From a virus (Duplodnaviria > Caudoviricetes): a stretch of 64,000 bases of DNA. The notes under the pieces were generated by a model. The model was not told the DNA's origin and searched no databases. It saw only the letters and a list, made by a program, of their open reading frames with translations. Position 1 is the first letter of the stretch; every line of letters starts with the position of its first letter. The translations under genes and the position numbers were made by a program. Shown piece after piece: positions 39,332 to 48,663 of this stretch. Where the stretch lies: IMG/VR virus record IMGVR_UViG_3300021167_000128, positions 16,637 through 80,636 of that record; one strand, written 5' to 3'.

Positions 39332-40792
39332 ATGTTTAAACCTACTCAAGAACAGATTGAGATTATTAAAGCCTTTAACGAAAATAAGATTATTAAAGTT
39401 AACTCTATTGCAGGTTCTGGTAAGACCGGTACGCTACTTCTTCTAGCTGCTGAAAACGTAGTACCCAGCCTTTACTTAGCTTTCAATAAGTCTGTTCAGC
39501 TCGAAGCAGCAGAGAAGTTTCCTAAACATGTAGAGTGCCGAACTATTAACAGCCTAGCATATATGGATTTTGGGATTAAACTATCTCATAAAATGAGACC
39601 TAACCGTCCAAAGACAAAGAACTATGTAAATACATGCGGCACTCTAAAGGAGATAGTTAATTTCTTTAAGATTGAGGACTATACAGCAGCAGAGCCTCCT
39701 ATTCCTGCTAAAACTGTTGCAGGACTTGTTAAAGATTCTCTGAATAACTATCAACTGTCTGATATTGAAACTATCGGACAAAAGACTCTTCCTATTGGCG
39801 AAATTAAGCGTCTTGAGAAGAATCATAAGTTCGATTCTAAGCACCTTGCACTACAAGTAATTCACTATGCAAGAAAGTTATGGAATGAACGTATCAATCC
39901 TAAGAGTGAGATTGCTGTAACTCATGATACTTTCCTTAAACTATGGAGCCTTTCCAATCCTAAACTTGATTGTGAAATTCTATATGTGGATGAAGCACAA
40001 GATACTAACCCTGCTGTATTTCATGTGCTTAAACAACAGAAACATTGTAAGATTTGCTATGTAGGGGATACCTATCAAAGTATATATGCTTTCCGTGGAG
40101 CTATTAATGCAATGGAAGAAATTAATGTACCAACATACTACTTAACTCAGTCCTGGAGATACGGAAAAGAAGTTGCAGATGCCGCTCAATTTGTAATTGG
40201 AAGTGCTATTACTGTAAAAGGAAATCCCAGCATCAGTTCTAAAGTTGTTGACACACTTTCGGATGATGAAAAAGTAACCGTTATCTTTAGAACCAATGCT
40301 GCACTTTTCGATGAAGCATATAGACTACTTACAGAAGGAGTTGCGGTTAATATTGAAGTTGATGTTAGAGTATTTATTGAGAAACTCAGGTCCATTATTG
40401 CACTTAAGAATAATGACCACAAGAATGTAAAGAATCAAGAGATCGCTAAATTTACCTCTTACTATGACTTACTGGAGTTTTCTAAAGAAGATCATGAAAC
40501 AAAGAAATTAATTAAGAGAGCTACTGAAGGAAATGTAGAAGATTTTATCTCAAAGATTTCTATGTCTTGTTCAAATGAACATTCAGATGTAATCTTGACT
40601 ACTGCGCACAAATCTAAGGGTAGAGAATGGGATAATGTTATTATTTTCAATGACTTTAAATTTAATGAAGATACATATTACCCTCTCAATGGTATGCCGC
40701 AACAAGAGATTAATCTTCTGTATGTTGCTATTACGCGTGCTAAGAAGAATCTTGTTCTACCTGAACAAATTACTAACTATAAGGATTTATAA
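39332..40792 (+). CDS. UvrD-like superfamily 1 helicase
   Basis: AGSGKT, VDEAQD, VGDTYQSIYAFRG, LTQSWRYG, TAHKSKGREW, LYVAITRAK. Confidence 0.9.
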   Translation: MFKPTQEQIEIIKAFNENKIIKVNSIAGSGKTGTLLLLAAENVVPSLYLAFNKSVQLEAAEKFPKHVECRTINSLAYMDFGIKLSHKMRPNRPKTKNYVNTCGTLKEIVNFFKIEDYTAAEPPIPAKTVAGLVKDSLNNYQLSDIETIGQKTLPIGEIKRLEKNHKFDSKHLALQVIHYARKLWNERINPKSEIAVTHDTFLKLWSLSNPKLDCEILYVDEAQDTNPAVFHVLKQQKHCKICYVGDTYQSIYAFRGAINAMEEINVPTYYLTQSWRYGKEVADAAQFVIGSAITVKGNPSISSKVVDTLSDDEKVTVIFRTNAALFDEAYRLLTEGVAVNIEVDVRVFIEKLRSIIALKNNDHKNVKNQEIAKFTSYYDLLEFSKEDHETKKLIKRATEGNVEDFISKISMSCSNEHSDVILTTAHKSKGREWDNVIIFNDFKFNEDTYYPLNGMPQQEINLLYVAITRAKKNLVLPEQITNYKDL

Positions 40793-41670
40793 TGATTACA
40801 GAAAGAGAAAAGAAAGAAATAATTGATAGCTTAGGTATTACAGAAGAAGATTTAGAGAACTTAGAACAACAATGTATCTTTGATCCTTCGGTAGACAGAG
40901 CAAGCCTAATAAAAGAAATGCAAGACATTAACTACGCTAAACGTGAGTTACTACAAAGAGAAATCAGAGTAAGACAACAGCTAGCTAATCCCGAAGAAAC
41001 AAAGAAAGTGATTGAGATTGTTTCTAGGAAACATAAAACTATTCTTGATAACGAAGTTACTGAGCATAACTTTAGTATTGTGCACAAGTCTTGCACTACA
41101 CCGGAAGAAGAGCTACTTTATGATAAGAGAAAGAATCAAGTTATTTATAACCTTTCGTCTGTAATTAAAGATCATAAGGATCATGTTATGCACAAAGAAA
41201 TGAAGAAAAGAGGTCTACTAGATATGCGGAAACAAAGACATAAGAAGAAGCCTTCAGATTATATCGATAGTATTGCTTTAGCTAAATTTGCAATGGACAC
41301 ACAGCGTAAGCTCGAAGAGCTGGAACTTAAAGTTAAGCACAATGAAGAAAGAACTAATGCTAGACTTGATAGAGTAGATAATGTGATTAGTGAGCTAAAA
41401 GAAAAACAAGCACAGGAGATTTGTAGCGTTAATGTAAATATTGTGCTAAATGAAGAAGTAGCTTCAAAGATTGCTTTCTTAGCTAGCTATGGACTTTCGT
41501 TAGAAAAGATCGATCTTTATAGAATGAAAACAAACTACCCTACACTAACACAGAAACAATTAGCTTCTAGTTTAGGTAAAACTGATAGGACTGTTCGTAA
41601 CTGGCTTAAAGTGATAGATGACGCTTTACTTGACTACGAAGCACTGAACGTCAAGTCTACATCAAGTTAA
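40792..41670 (+). CDS. coiled-coil protein with C-terminal HTH (candidate origin-binding protein)
   Basis: LTQKQLASSLGKTDRTVRNWLK; followed by a repeat-containing non-coding region. Confidence 0.6.
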   Translation: MITEREKKEIIDSLGITEEDLENLEQQCIFDPSVDRASLIKEMQDINYAKRELLQREIRVRQQLANPEETKKVIEIVSRKHKTILDNEVTEHNFSIVHKSCTTPEEELLYDKRKNQVIYNLSSVIKDHKDHVMHKEMKKRGLLDMRKQRHKKKPSDYIDSIALAKFAMDTQRKLEELELKVKHNEERTNARLDRVDNVISELKEKQAQEICSVNVNIVLNEEVASKIAFLASYGLSLEKIDLYRMKTNYPTLTQKQLASSLGKTDRTVRNWLKVIDDALLDYEALNVKSTSS

Positions 41671-41706
41671 AAGAGCTGACTTAGTTTCATATTTCCTCTA
41701 AAGTCT

Positions 41707-41740
41707 AAGCGGAATTAGAAAGCGGAAAAAAAAAGCGGAA
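41707..41740. repeat. three AAGCGGAA repeats at 13-bp period
   Basis: Copies start at 41707, 41720, 41733; followed by a (TA)n tract and a TGTGCAA/TTGCACA inverted repeat. Confidence 0.75.
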
Positions 41741-41849
41741 AAATTTCAAAAGTATCCTTATAGATAAGTATATATATATAGGAACAACATTAACTGAGTT
41801 GCAACGGTAGGTGTGCAATTTTTGCACAGTTGGTTAAAATTTCCCCTAG

Positions 41850-42005
41850 ATAATAAAGTGTATATGTAACGAAAACAAGTTTAGAGTCTACAAACTTAAA
41901 GAAGAGAATCCACACATATCTTCTAAAGAAATTTCCATCATTATTGGAGTTAGCAGAAGAACTATAACTTCATGGTTAAAGGAGATTAGAGACCTTGATC
42001 TATAG
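41850..42005 (+). pseudogene. start-less orphan HTH paralogous to the C-terminus of 40792-41670
   Basis: NKFRVYKLKEENPHISSKEISIIIGVSRRTITSWLKEIRDLDL*; no ATG/GTG/TTG in frame. Confidence 0.6.
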
Positions 42006-42352
42006 GTAAAGATTCTTTAGGTGGGAAGAGGTGGGCAATTTCGGATGTGAAATTTCGTATATAGAGAAATAAACAATGTAATAAATTTAACGTAACTGCC
42101 TACAAACTGAAGTTTATTCTTAAGCAAAGTTCGTTTGGTTCGTCAGAACCACTCTTGCACAAACTAAAGTATAAGAGGTTCGCCTTCTAGCTCAACTAAC
42201 CTCTTTCTCTTAGGTTTAAACTTCAGTTATACCTTATGTACAGTCTATCTTTCTTGTGCTAGACTATATCTTTGTTAGAAGGTATTCCTTAGCACCTTGA
42301 TTATAGGCTTCATCATAACTAACTTATCTGAAGTCTCATCCTAACAAACCTC

Positions 42353-42381
42353 TTGACACAACTAGACCAGTGCTATAAGCT
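42353..42381 (+). promoter_or_regulatory. sigma70-type promoter
   Basis: TTGACA-N17-TAAGCT. Confidence 0.55.
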
Positions 42382-42429
42382 GTAGTTCATCAGTAGCTTA
42401 TCTGTAGTTAACATGAAAGGAAAATAGTA

Positions 42430-42735
42430 ATGAAAGAACTTAAATCTAAGTCTAAAACTAAACTCTACCGTTCTGATAGCGGTATCTTAGCTGTAACCTC
42501 TGTAGACAACGTAGTAACTCTCCGAGATACTGTCGGTTCTTTGGGTTATTCTACAGATGAAAACGAAGTAGAAACTATCTTGACTGATACACAGAATGGC
42601 TATATCTGTAAGTTCCCTTCGTTTAATTCAGTTAGCCAGGATTATTATGTTTGTTTGGATTATGCTCAAGCTGAGTATCTGTATTTGGTGCTTAAGGAAG
42701 CTCTAGGTAAGAATGTTAAGAGGGTAAAGGAATAA
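42430..42735 (+). CDS. hypothetical protein
   Basis: AAGGA RBS, 101 aa. Confidence 0.65.
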   Translation: MKELKSKSKTKLYRSDSGILAVTSVDNVVTLRDTVGSLGYSTDENEVETILTDTQNGYICKFPSFNSVSQDYYVCLDYAQAEYLYLVLKEALGKNVKRVKE

Positions 42736-42736
42736 T

Positions 42737-44305
42737 ATGGATTATAAACTGTATAACAATGATTGCTTAGATAAACTAAAAGAACTAGAAGATAACTCTG
42801 TAGATTCTATCATTACAGATCCTCCTTATGGTCTTAACTTCATGAATAAGAAATGGGACTATAGTATTCCTAGTGTCGAGATTTGGAAGGAATGCTTACG
42901 TGTTTTAAAGCCGGGAGGTTACTTGCTGTCCTTTGCAGGTACTAGGACTCAGCATAGAATGGCTTGTAATATTGAAGATGTTGGATTTGAGATTAAAGAT
43001 ATGATTGCTTGGGTATATGCTTGCTACTCAGAAGATACGGAGTGTCTTACTAATAATGGGTGGAAGAAATACAATGAAATTCTAGGAGATGACATGATTT
43101 TGCAATGGGACCATGAGTCTAATAATTTGTCATGGTATAAGCCAAAGGAAATCCTTGCATATGATGCCCCTGATGAAATGGTTCATTTTGAGAATCGTCA
43201 TACAGATCAACTTCTAACAAAGAATCATAGATGTTATATCAACTACAAGAAACACCAAAGGAATAAATTCAATGAAGGCTATACAGTAGTTGAAGCTGGT
43301 GATATTAAGAAACATTGGATTAAGAACTTCCCTCTTGCCGGCAACTTAGATCAAGGTTCAACTGTGAATAACCCTTATTTACTTGGTTGGTGGATGACTG
43401 ACGCTTGGGTACACGGTGGCGGAAAGGCGTGTATGTTCTCCCAAGTTAAACCTAAAACTCTTGCCAAGTTACGAGATGCTTTGTCTTTAGCTGATTGCAA
43501 GTTTTCAGAGTACATCAAAGAACGCAGGTGTTTCAACGAACTACACGGAGATGAGCATTCATTCTATGTAACAGGTAATCTAGCAGAACAGTTTCTAAGT
43601 AGTTATCCAATTCGTAAGTTCTCTTATGAAATTATGGCTTGGGATTTTAACTCTCGGCAGCTATTCCTTGAAGGGCTACTTGACGGCGATGGTTCTCGTC
43701 CTATGGATCAGCACAGCGAAACATTCTGGTCTTTAGACCATGAACGCTTGGATGTTGTGCAGGCACTGTGCCTATCACTGAACATTAGAAGTTACGTTGA
43801 TTACAAGAAAGGTTGTGTGTATTTGAATCGTAAGACCAATACAACACAACTTCAATGTAAGCATACTAATAAAGTTGAGAGTTATAGCGGCAAGGTTGTT
43901 TGGTGCCTACAAACGGAAACAGGGGCATTTGTGGTTCGTAGAAATGGTAAGGCTTTTATTTCAGGGAACAGTGGTATGCCAAAACACCGTAGTTGCTTAA
44001 AGCCAGCATTAGAACCTATTACACTTGCTAGGAAACCAGCTAAGAAGGCTACATTGTTGAACATTGAGGAGTGTAGAGTAGAACGAATACAAGGTGATCG
44101 TACAGATTATGGCTTGAAGAATGCTGTACGAAGTCAAGGGAATTGCTTCGGTGCTCCGACTTCCTCTGCTGATTTTGATAGTACTAAAGGTAGGTATCCG
44201 TCTAATGTAATCTTGTCGTATGATGAAGATGAATATCAATTAGCTGACTCTGTTACTGAAGAACAATTAGAAGAACTGAACAGATGGTTTTATGAGAACT
44301 CCTAA
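42737..44305 (+). CDS. N4/N6 DNA methyltransferase N-terminal half (DPPY), containing an intein
   Basis: VDSIITDPPYG, FAGTRT.HR, WVYA^SGMPK after intein removal, LKPALEPITLARKP, GRYPSNVI. Confidence 0.88.
   Translation: MDYKLYNNDCLDKLKELEDNSVDSIITDPPYGLNFMNKKWDYSIPSVEIWKECLRVLKPGGYLLSFAGTRTQHRMACNIEDVGFEIKDMIAWVYACYSEDTECLTNNGWKKYNEILGDDMILQWDHESNNLSWYKPKEILAYDAPDEMVHFENRHTDQLLTKNHRCYINYKKHQRNKFNEGYTVVEAGDIKKHWIKNFPLAGNLDQGSTVNNPYLLGWWMTDAWVHGGGKACMFSQVKPKTLAKLRDALSLADCKFSEYIKERRCFNELHGDEHSFYVTGNLAEQFLSSYPIRKFSYEIMAWDFNSRQLFLEGLLDGDGSRPMDQHSETFWSLDHERLDVVQALCLSLNIRSYVDYKKGCVYLNRKTNTTQLQCKHTNKVESYSGKVVWCLQTETGAFVVRRNGKAFISGNSGMPKHRSCLKPALEPITLARKPAKKATLLNIEECRVERIQGDRTDYGLKNAVRSQGNCFGAPTSSADFDSTKGRYPSNVILSYDEDEYQLADSVTEEQLEELNRWFYENS
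43022..43969 (+). mobile_element. intein (316 aa) with LAGLIDADG endonuclease
   Basis: Starts CYSEDTECLT; block B LLTKNH; endonuclease motifs LLGWWMTDA and FLEGLLDGDG; ends VWCLQTETGAFVVRRNGKAFISGN followed by +1 Ser. Confidence 0.92.
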
Positions 44306-44441
44306 TTGTGGTTGTATAACATGCAGGGGAGATGCACTAATTCATTCTAATATACTCTGGGACTTGAATAATGGAATAACACTTTGCATGAAATGTCACT
44401 ATGAAGAACATGGGAGAAACTTTAATGAAGATAGAGAGTAA
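44292..44441 (+). pseudogene. internally deleted HNH endonuclease remnant (49 aa)
   Basis: MRTPNCGCITC...ILWDLNNGITLCMKCHYEEHG; overlaps both methyltransferase halves. Confidence 0.7.
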
Positions 44442-44994
44442 TCGGTATGAACGACTTCCAAATCACTTGAAATCGTTGTTTGTAAAATGTAAAAACACAG
44501 GAAAAGAAGAAGTAGTAAGTCTATTTCCTGATAGTTTAGGTGCAGGAGGTTCTTTACCTAGAGTTAAAATTACAGGTTATGGTGATGGTATTGGAACAGG
44601 CAAATCTGAATATCTAAGAGGTGATAGAATTCCTTTTGATTCAGGTACAGGTTCAGCAGCTAGATTCTTTTATTGTGCTAAAGCTAATCGAAAAGATAGA
44701 GAAGAAGGCAACTTGCATCCTACAGTAAAACCTACAGAATTAATGAAGTATCTGATTAAGCTAGTTACTCCTAAAGACGGTATTGTTCTTGATCCATTTA
44801 TGGGTAGTGGTAGTACAGGTAAAGCTGCTAAGATTCTAGGTTATTCTTTTATTGGTATTGAGCGAGAAGAGGAATATTTTAAGATTGCAGAACAACGTAT
44901 TACAAGCGCGGTTCGTCAGAGCGATCCCGAAGGGTTCGTGATCTTTCAGAGCCAAACAAACCTTACAAGTGCTGTAGCTGAAGTACAAGAATAA
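44425..44994 (+). CDS. N4/N6 DNA methyltransferase C-terminal half (SAM-binding)
   Basis: EEVVSLFP, SAARFFYCAKA, HPTVKP, VLDPFMGSGSTG, FIGIERE; ATG 44425 after GGGAGA. Confidence 0.88.
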   Translation: MKIESNRYERLPNHLKSLFVKCKNTGKEEVVSLFPDSLGAGGSLPRVKITGYGDGIGTGKSEYLRGDRIPFDSGTGSAARFFYCAKANRKDREEGNLHPTVKPTELMKYLIKLVTPKDGIVLDPFMGSGSTGKAAKILGYSFIGIEREEEYFKIAEQRITSAVRQSDPEGFVIFQSQTNLTSAVAEVQE

Positions 44995-44995
44995 C

Positions 44996-45024
44996 TTGAC
45001 TTCTTGTAACTCTAGTGATAACCT
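44996..45024 (+). promoter_or_regulatory. sigma70-type promoter
   Basis: TTGACT-N17-TAACCT with TGn. Confidence 0.55.
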
Positions 45025-45054
45025 AAACCAACTATTTAACACAAAGGAGCAAGT

Positions 45055-45309
45055 ATGGAAGAACTAAAGATTGAAGCCTATGACCTGTATGATTATACTA
45101 ATCAAGTAATCGAAGCTGCAAAACAAGGGTATGTAACTTCTACTGATAATAACAAATATCCTTTTAATTACTCAGGTTATTTCTTTGCTATTCTAGTCAA
45201 GGAGGATGGTAGCGATGAAAAGGTAGCTACAGTTGTATCACCTAAGAATCCTACTGGAAGTGCTTCTAAAGGTCGTCCTAAGAAGGTAGCGGAAGATCTA
45301 GCAGCTTAA
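45055..45309 (+). CDS. hypothetical protein with GRPKK AT-hook-like tail
   Basis: AAGGAG RBS, 84 aa. Confidence 0.65.
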   Translation: MEELKIEAYDLYDYTNQVIEAAKQGYVTSTDNNKYPFNYSGYFFAILVKEDGSDEKVATVVSPKNPTGSASKGRPKKVAEDLAA

Positions 45310-45330
45310 ACTAAGGTTGTAGCATAACAA

Positions 45331-45370
45331 GGTTGTGTTTGACTAAAACGGTTAAACACAACCTTTTATT
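45331..45370 (+). terminator. intrinsic terminator
   Basis: GGTTGTGTTTGAC/GTTAAACACAACC stem then TTTTATT. Confidence 0.6.
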
Positions 45371-45392
45371 TAACCAAACTAGGAGAAAGACT

Positions 45393-46379
45393 TTGGGGAT
45401 TAACGTATTATCTTTATTTGATGGTATTTCTTGTGGAAGAATTGCACTAGAACGTATAGGTATTCAAGTAAATAATTACTTTGCTAGTGAAATTGATAAA
45501 CATGCTATTAAGGTATCTCAGAATAATTGGAAAGATGTTACTGCAATTGGTAATGTAACTAAAATTTCGTTTTCTAATGGAGTTCTTTATACTGAAGTTG
45601 GTCAATTTCAAGTTGGAAGGATTGATCTTGTAATTGCGGGTAGTCCATGCCAGGGCTTTTCAATGGCAGGGAAACAGCTAGCTTTTGATGATGAAAGGAG
45701 CAAATTATACTTTGTATTTGAAAGAATTCTTAAAGAAATTCAAGCAGAGAATCCTGGCGTAAAATTCTTACTTGAAAATGTAAAGATGAAACAAGAGTAT
45801 AAGGATATTATTTCTGAACATTTGGGTGTGACACCTGTCGCTATTAATTCAAACCTTGTTTCAGCACAGAATAGGTATCGTTTATATTGGGCTAACTTCC
45901 CTATTACTGTTCCAGAAGATAAAGGAATTCTGCTAAAAGATATTCTTCAAAAAGAAGTACATGAAAAATATTATATTAAGGGTGGAAGACTTCAGTGGTT
46001 AAAGAACTTTGGTGAAGTAAAGGAAAAAGATGGCTATATCGCATTTAATCCAATTAAAGCAAAGTGCCTAACAGTCCGAGCTGAACCAAGCTGGAATTGT
46101 ACATACATTCTACAATGGCCGCATGGTAGTAATATTGGAGGTTATCGTGCTAAAGATGGGAAGACTCCTGCACTAACTACATCCTCTTGGGAAAGTAATA
46201 ATTTACTCCTAAATGAAGGATTAGTTCGTAAACTTACACCAGAGGAATGCGAGGAACTACAAACAGTTCCAATAGGTTATACATCTAGTGTTTCTGATAG
46301 TCAAAGATATAAGATGCTTGGAAATGGATGGACAGTCAATATTATTTGTGCTATATTTGAAGGGTTGAAGTTTAACTAA
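45393..46379 (+). CDS. C5-cytosine DNA methyltransferase
   Basis: LSLFDG, AGSPCQGFS, FLLENV, AQNR.R, KMLGNGW; TTG start after AGGAGA. Confidence 0.9.
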   Translation: MGINVLSLFDGISCGRIALERIGIQVNNYFASEIDKHAIKVSQNNWKDVTAIGNVTKISFSNGVLYTEVGQFQVGRIDLVIAGSPCQGFSMAGKQLAFDDERSKLYFVFERILKEIQAENPGVKFLLENVKMKQEYKDIISEHLGVTPVAINSNLVSAQNRYRLYWANFPITVPEDKGILLKDILQKEVHEKYYIKGGRLQWLKNFGEVKEKDGYIAFNPIKAKCLTVRAEPSWNCTYILQWPHGSNIGGYRAKDGKTPALTTSSWESNNLLLNEGLVRKLTPEECEELQTVPIGYTSSVSDSQRYKMLGNGWTVNIICAIFEGLKFN

Positions 46380-46393
46380 CAAGGAGGTGATTG

Positions 46394-47149
46394 ATGGTAC
46401 AAAAGAAACGTCTTACACGTAAGGAAAAGGTTAGTGTTGAAGTACCGCGAGTAATTAAAGAAAAGTTTATTGAAGAACGTAATCCTCCTTCGATTACAGC
46501 AAAGACAGATAAACAACGTGCTTACCTGAAGATGCTCAATGATCCAAATATCCAAGCAATTTGTTGTTTAGGACATGCTGGAGCAGGAAAAACATTTCTT
46601 TGCTCTGTGGTAGCTGCCGATAAATATCGTAGAGGAGAGATTGAAAAGATCATTGTCGCACGACCTTATGTTCAGACTGGTAAATCTAGCGGAAGTAAGC
46701 CGGGTTCAATTTTACAGAAATTATATCCTTATGTAAGAAATGTTTTAGACACTATTAAATCCCGTATTGGTGCTGGAGCATTTGAGATTGCTCTACAAGA
46801 TGGAGAACATGGTCAGATTGAGGTTCAAGAACTAGAAAGTATCAGAGGTCGTAGTTTTGATACACCTAGCTGGCTTATTTTGGATGAAATTCAGCAATCT
46901 ACACCAGAAGAGATGCTTGCTATTCTTACCCGCGTATCTGATAATTGCAAACTTGTATTGTGCGGAGACATTAACCAGCGAGATATTAAAGGAGAATCTG
47001 GATTGGAATGGTTCTTAAATTTTGCTGAAAGGCATAATCTACCGGAAGTAGGAATTATTAATTTTGATTCAGTTGATGATATTATTCGTGGTGGATTATG
47101 TAGAGATGTAATTAAAGGAATGATCAAGGATGGTAAGCTAAAGAAATAG
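46394..47149 (+). CDS. phoH: PhoH-family ATPase
   Basis: GHAGAGKT, IIVARP, ESIRGRSF, ILDEIQ, LCGD..Q.D. Confidence 0.9.
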   Translation: MVQKKRLTRKEKVSVEVPRVIKEKFIEERNPPSITAKTDKQRAYLKMLNDPNIQAICCLGHAGAGKTFLCSVVAADKYRRGEIEKIIVARPYVQTGKSSGSKPGSILQKLYPYVRNVLDTIKSRIGAGAFEIALQDGEHGQIEVQELESIRGRSFDTPSWLILDEIQQSTPEEMLAILTRVSDNCKLVLCGDINQRDIKGESGLEWFLNFAERHNLPEVGIINFDSVDDIIRGGLCRDVIKGMIKDGKLKK

Positions 47150-47234
47150 TTAGTGTAGTATTAACTTTAAGTAATACACGGCAAATAACAAACAAGGAGG
47201 CTAGCCACCTCCTTTTACTTTTGAAAGGAACACT

Positions 47235-47948
47235 ATGAATAAAAAAACTACTATTAACTTTGACGATGAAGAGGATGATAAATCTGTAGGTACTCTAGGT
47301 TATTTTACTAAAGAAAATATCTCTTATGAAATCACAGTACCTATTGACGAAGAGATTAAAGGACAGAGTTATTATCGACAAGTAGCTCAACGTATTTCTG
47401 AACTATCTTCTACTGACTCAGTAAAGTTTGAAATCTCTAGTCCAGGAGGTAATCTTGATGGTCTATTTACTATTCTTAGTTCATTAGAAAAAACAGAAGC
47501 TACTACAGCAGCTATCCTTAACGGTAAGGTTCATAGTGCAGCTAGTATTCTTGCTCTTAATTGTAATATGGTATTTGTGTCAGAGAATGCCTATATGATG
47601 ATTCATAATGTATCCTTTGGCAGTGTAGGTAAGATGTCTGATGTAAGTTCTCATGTGGATTTTATGAAGAAGCAATCTAAGAAACTTGTAGATTCAACCT
47701 ATGAAGGTTTCCTTAGCCATGAAGAAATTGCAGATGTGCATAAAGGTATTGAAATTTGGTTAGATTCTGATGAAATCATTGTACGTTTAGCTGCACGTCA
47801 GAAATACTTTGAAGATTTAAATAATGACACTGAATCAGAAAATGATAATGCACCTACACAAGACCTCGAGTGCTCTAATGAAGCTACACAAGAGGGTGAT
47901 GTTATATTGTTTGCAGATGAAGCAGAGGAATACGTAGTTCCTAGTTAA
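47235..47948 (+). CDS. ClpP-like serine protease
   Basis: ISSPGG, HSAAS (catalytic Ser), MMIHN (catalytic His), WLDSDE. Confidence 0.8.
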   Translation: MNKKTTINFDDEEDDKSVGTLGYFTKENISYEITVPIDEEIKGQSYYRQVAQRISELSSTDSVKFEISSPGGNLDGLFTILSSLEKTEATTAAILNGKVHSAASILALNCNMVFVSENAYMMIHNVSFGSVGKMSDVSSHVDFMKKQSKKLVDSTYEGFLSHEEIADVHKGIEIWLDSDEIIVRLAARQKYFEDLNNDTESENDNAPTQDLECSNEATQEGDVILFADEAEEYVVPS

Positions 47949-47963
47949 AAACATAGAGTTGTT

Positions 47964-48009
47964 GTAGGTCTGAATAGCCCGATTATCGAAAGGTAGTCGG
48001 GTTTTATTT
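47964..48009 (+). terminator. intrinsic terminator ending the rightward block
   Basis: GCCCGATTATC-GAAA-GGTAGTCGGGT (47978-48002) then TTTATTT. Confidence 0.7.
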
Positions 48010-48663
48010 CGTCTGTTACTTGTATATTTATATTACTTGCATAATAATCCAAAAATAAGTACCAGGATGATACCTAGGGTTAAAATCTAAGAAATATCTA
48101 CAGCTAAAATATCTATTAAATAAATGTAATTCTGGTAGGGTAAATATCACTAGTAGGGTGGAGGGATATAATTGCAAGTGCCTATCGAGGTATATTCTAT
48201 GATTTAAATACTTAATTGTTAAATAATTGTTATTTAATTATTTGTTTTAACCTTGGTTTTATCTCTGATGAAAATCTTCAGGGAGTTATCTTGGGTGCTT
48301 GATGATCCCCTAATACCCCTGATTCAATGCCCGCTGAAATCCTAAAATATCACCATGTATGTACACATAAATCACCCTGTCGCTGTTCTGAAAAAGACTA
48401 TTTTCAGAAGTGGAATAGTTTGGATTATTCATAGATTATCGCTGCTGTTGGAATGTCTGTTTTCAATGCTTGTGATGCAATCCAGGATAGAACGACGTAG
48501 AAGGCGCAGGTGATGATTTGATGCTCTCAATGTAGGGTAGGATATGACTGAATGCTTGCGTGGATTGTACGTCGTTCTGCTGCGTTTTCATGCGTTTGTT
48601 TTCAGCTTCGGTTCCTTCGTTCGCATGCTCTGATTTTTGCTATAAACCACATGCGATGTATCC

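Noticed and set aside
44292-44441. Simple sequencing frameshift or RNA intron explaining the split methylase
   Set aside because: The gap encodes a coherent HNH relic with coupled start and stop overlaps, and no group I or II core motifs were seen; not fully excluded without reads
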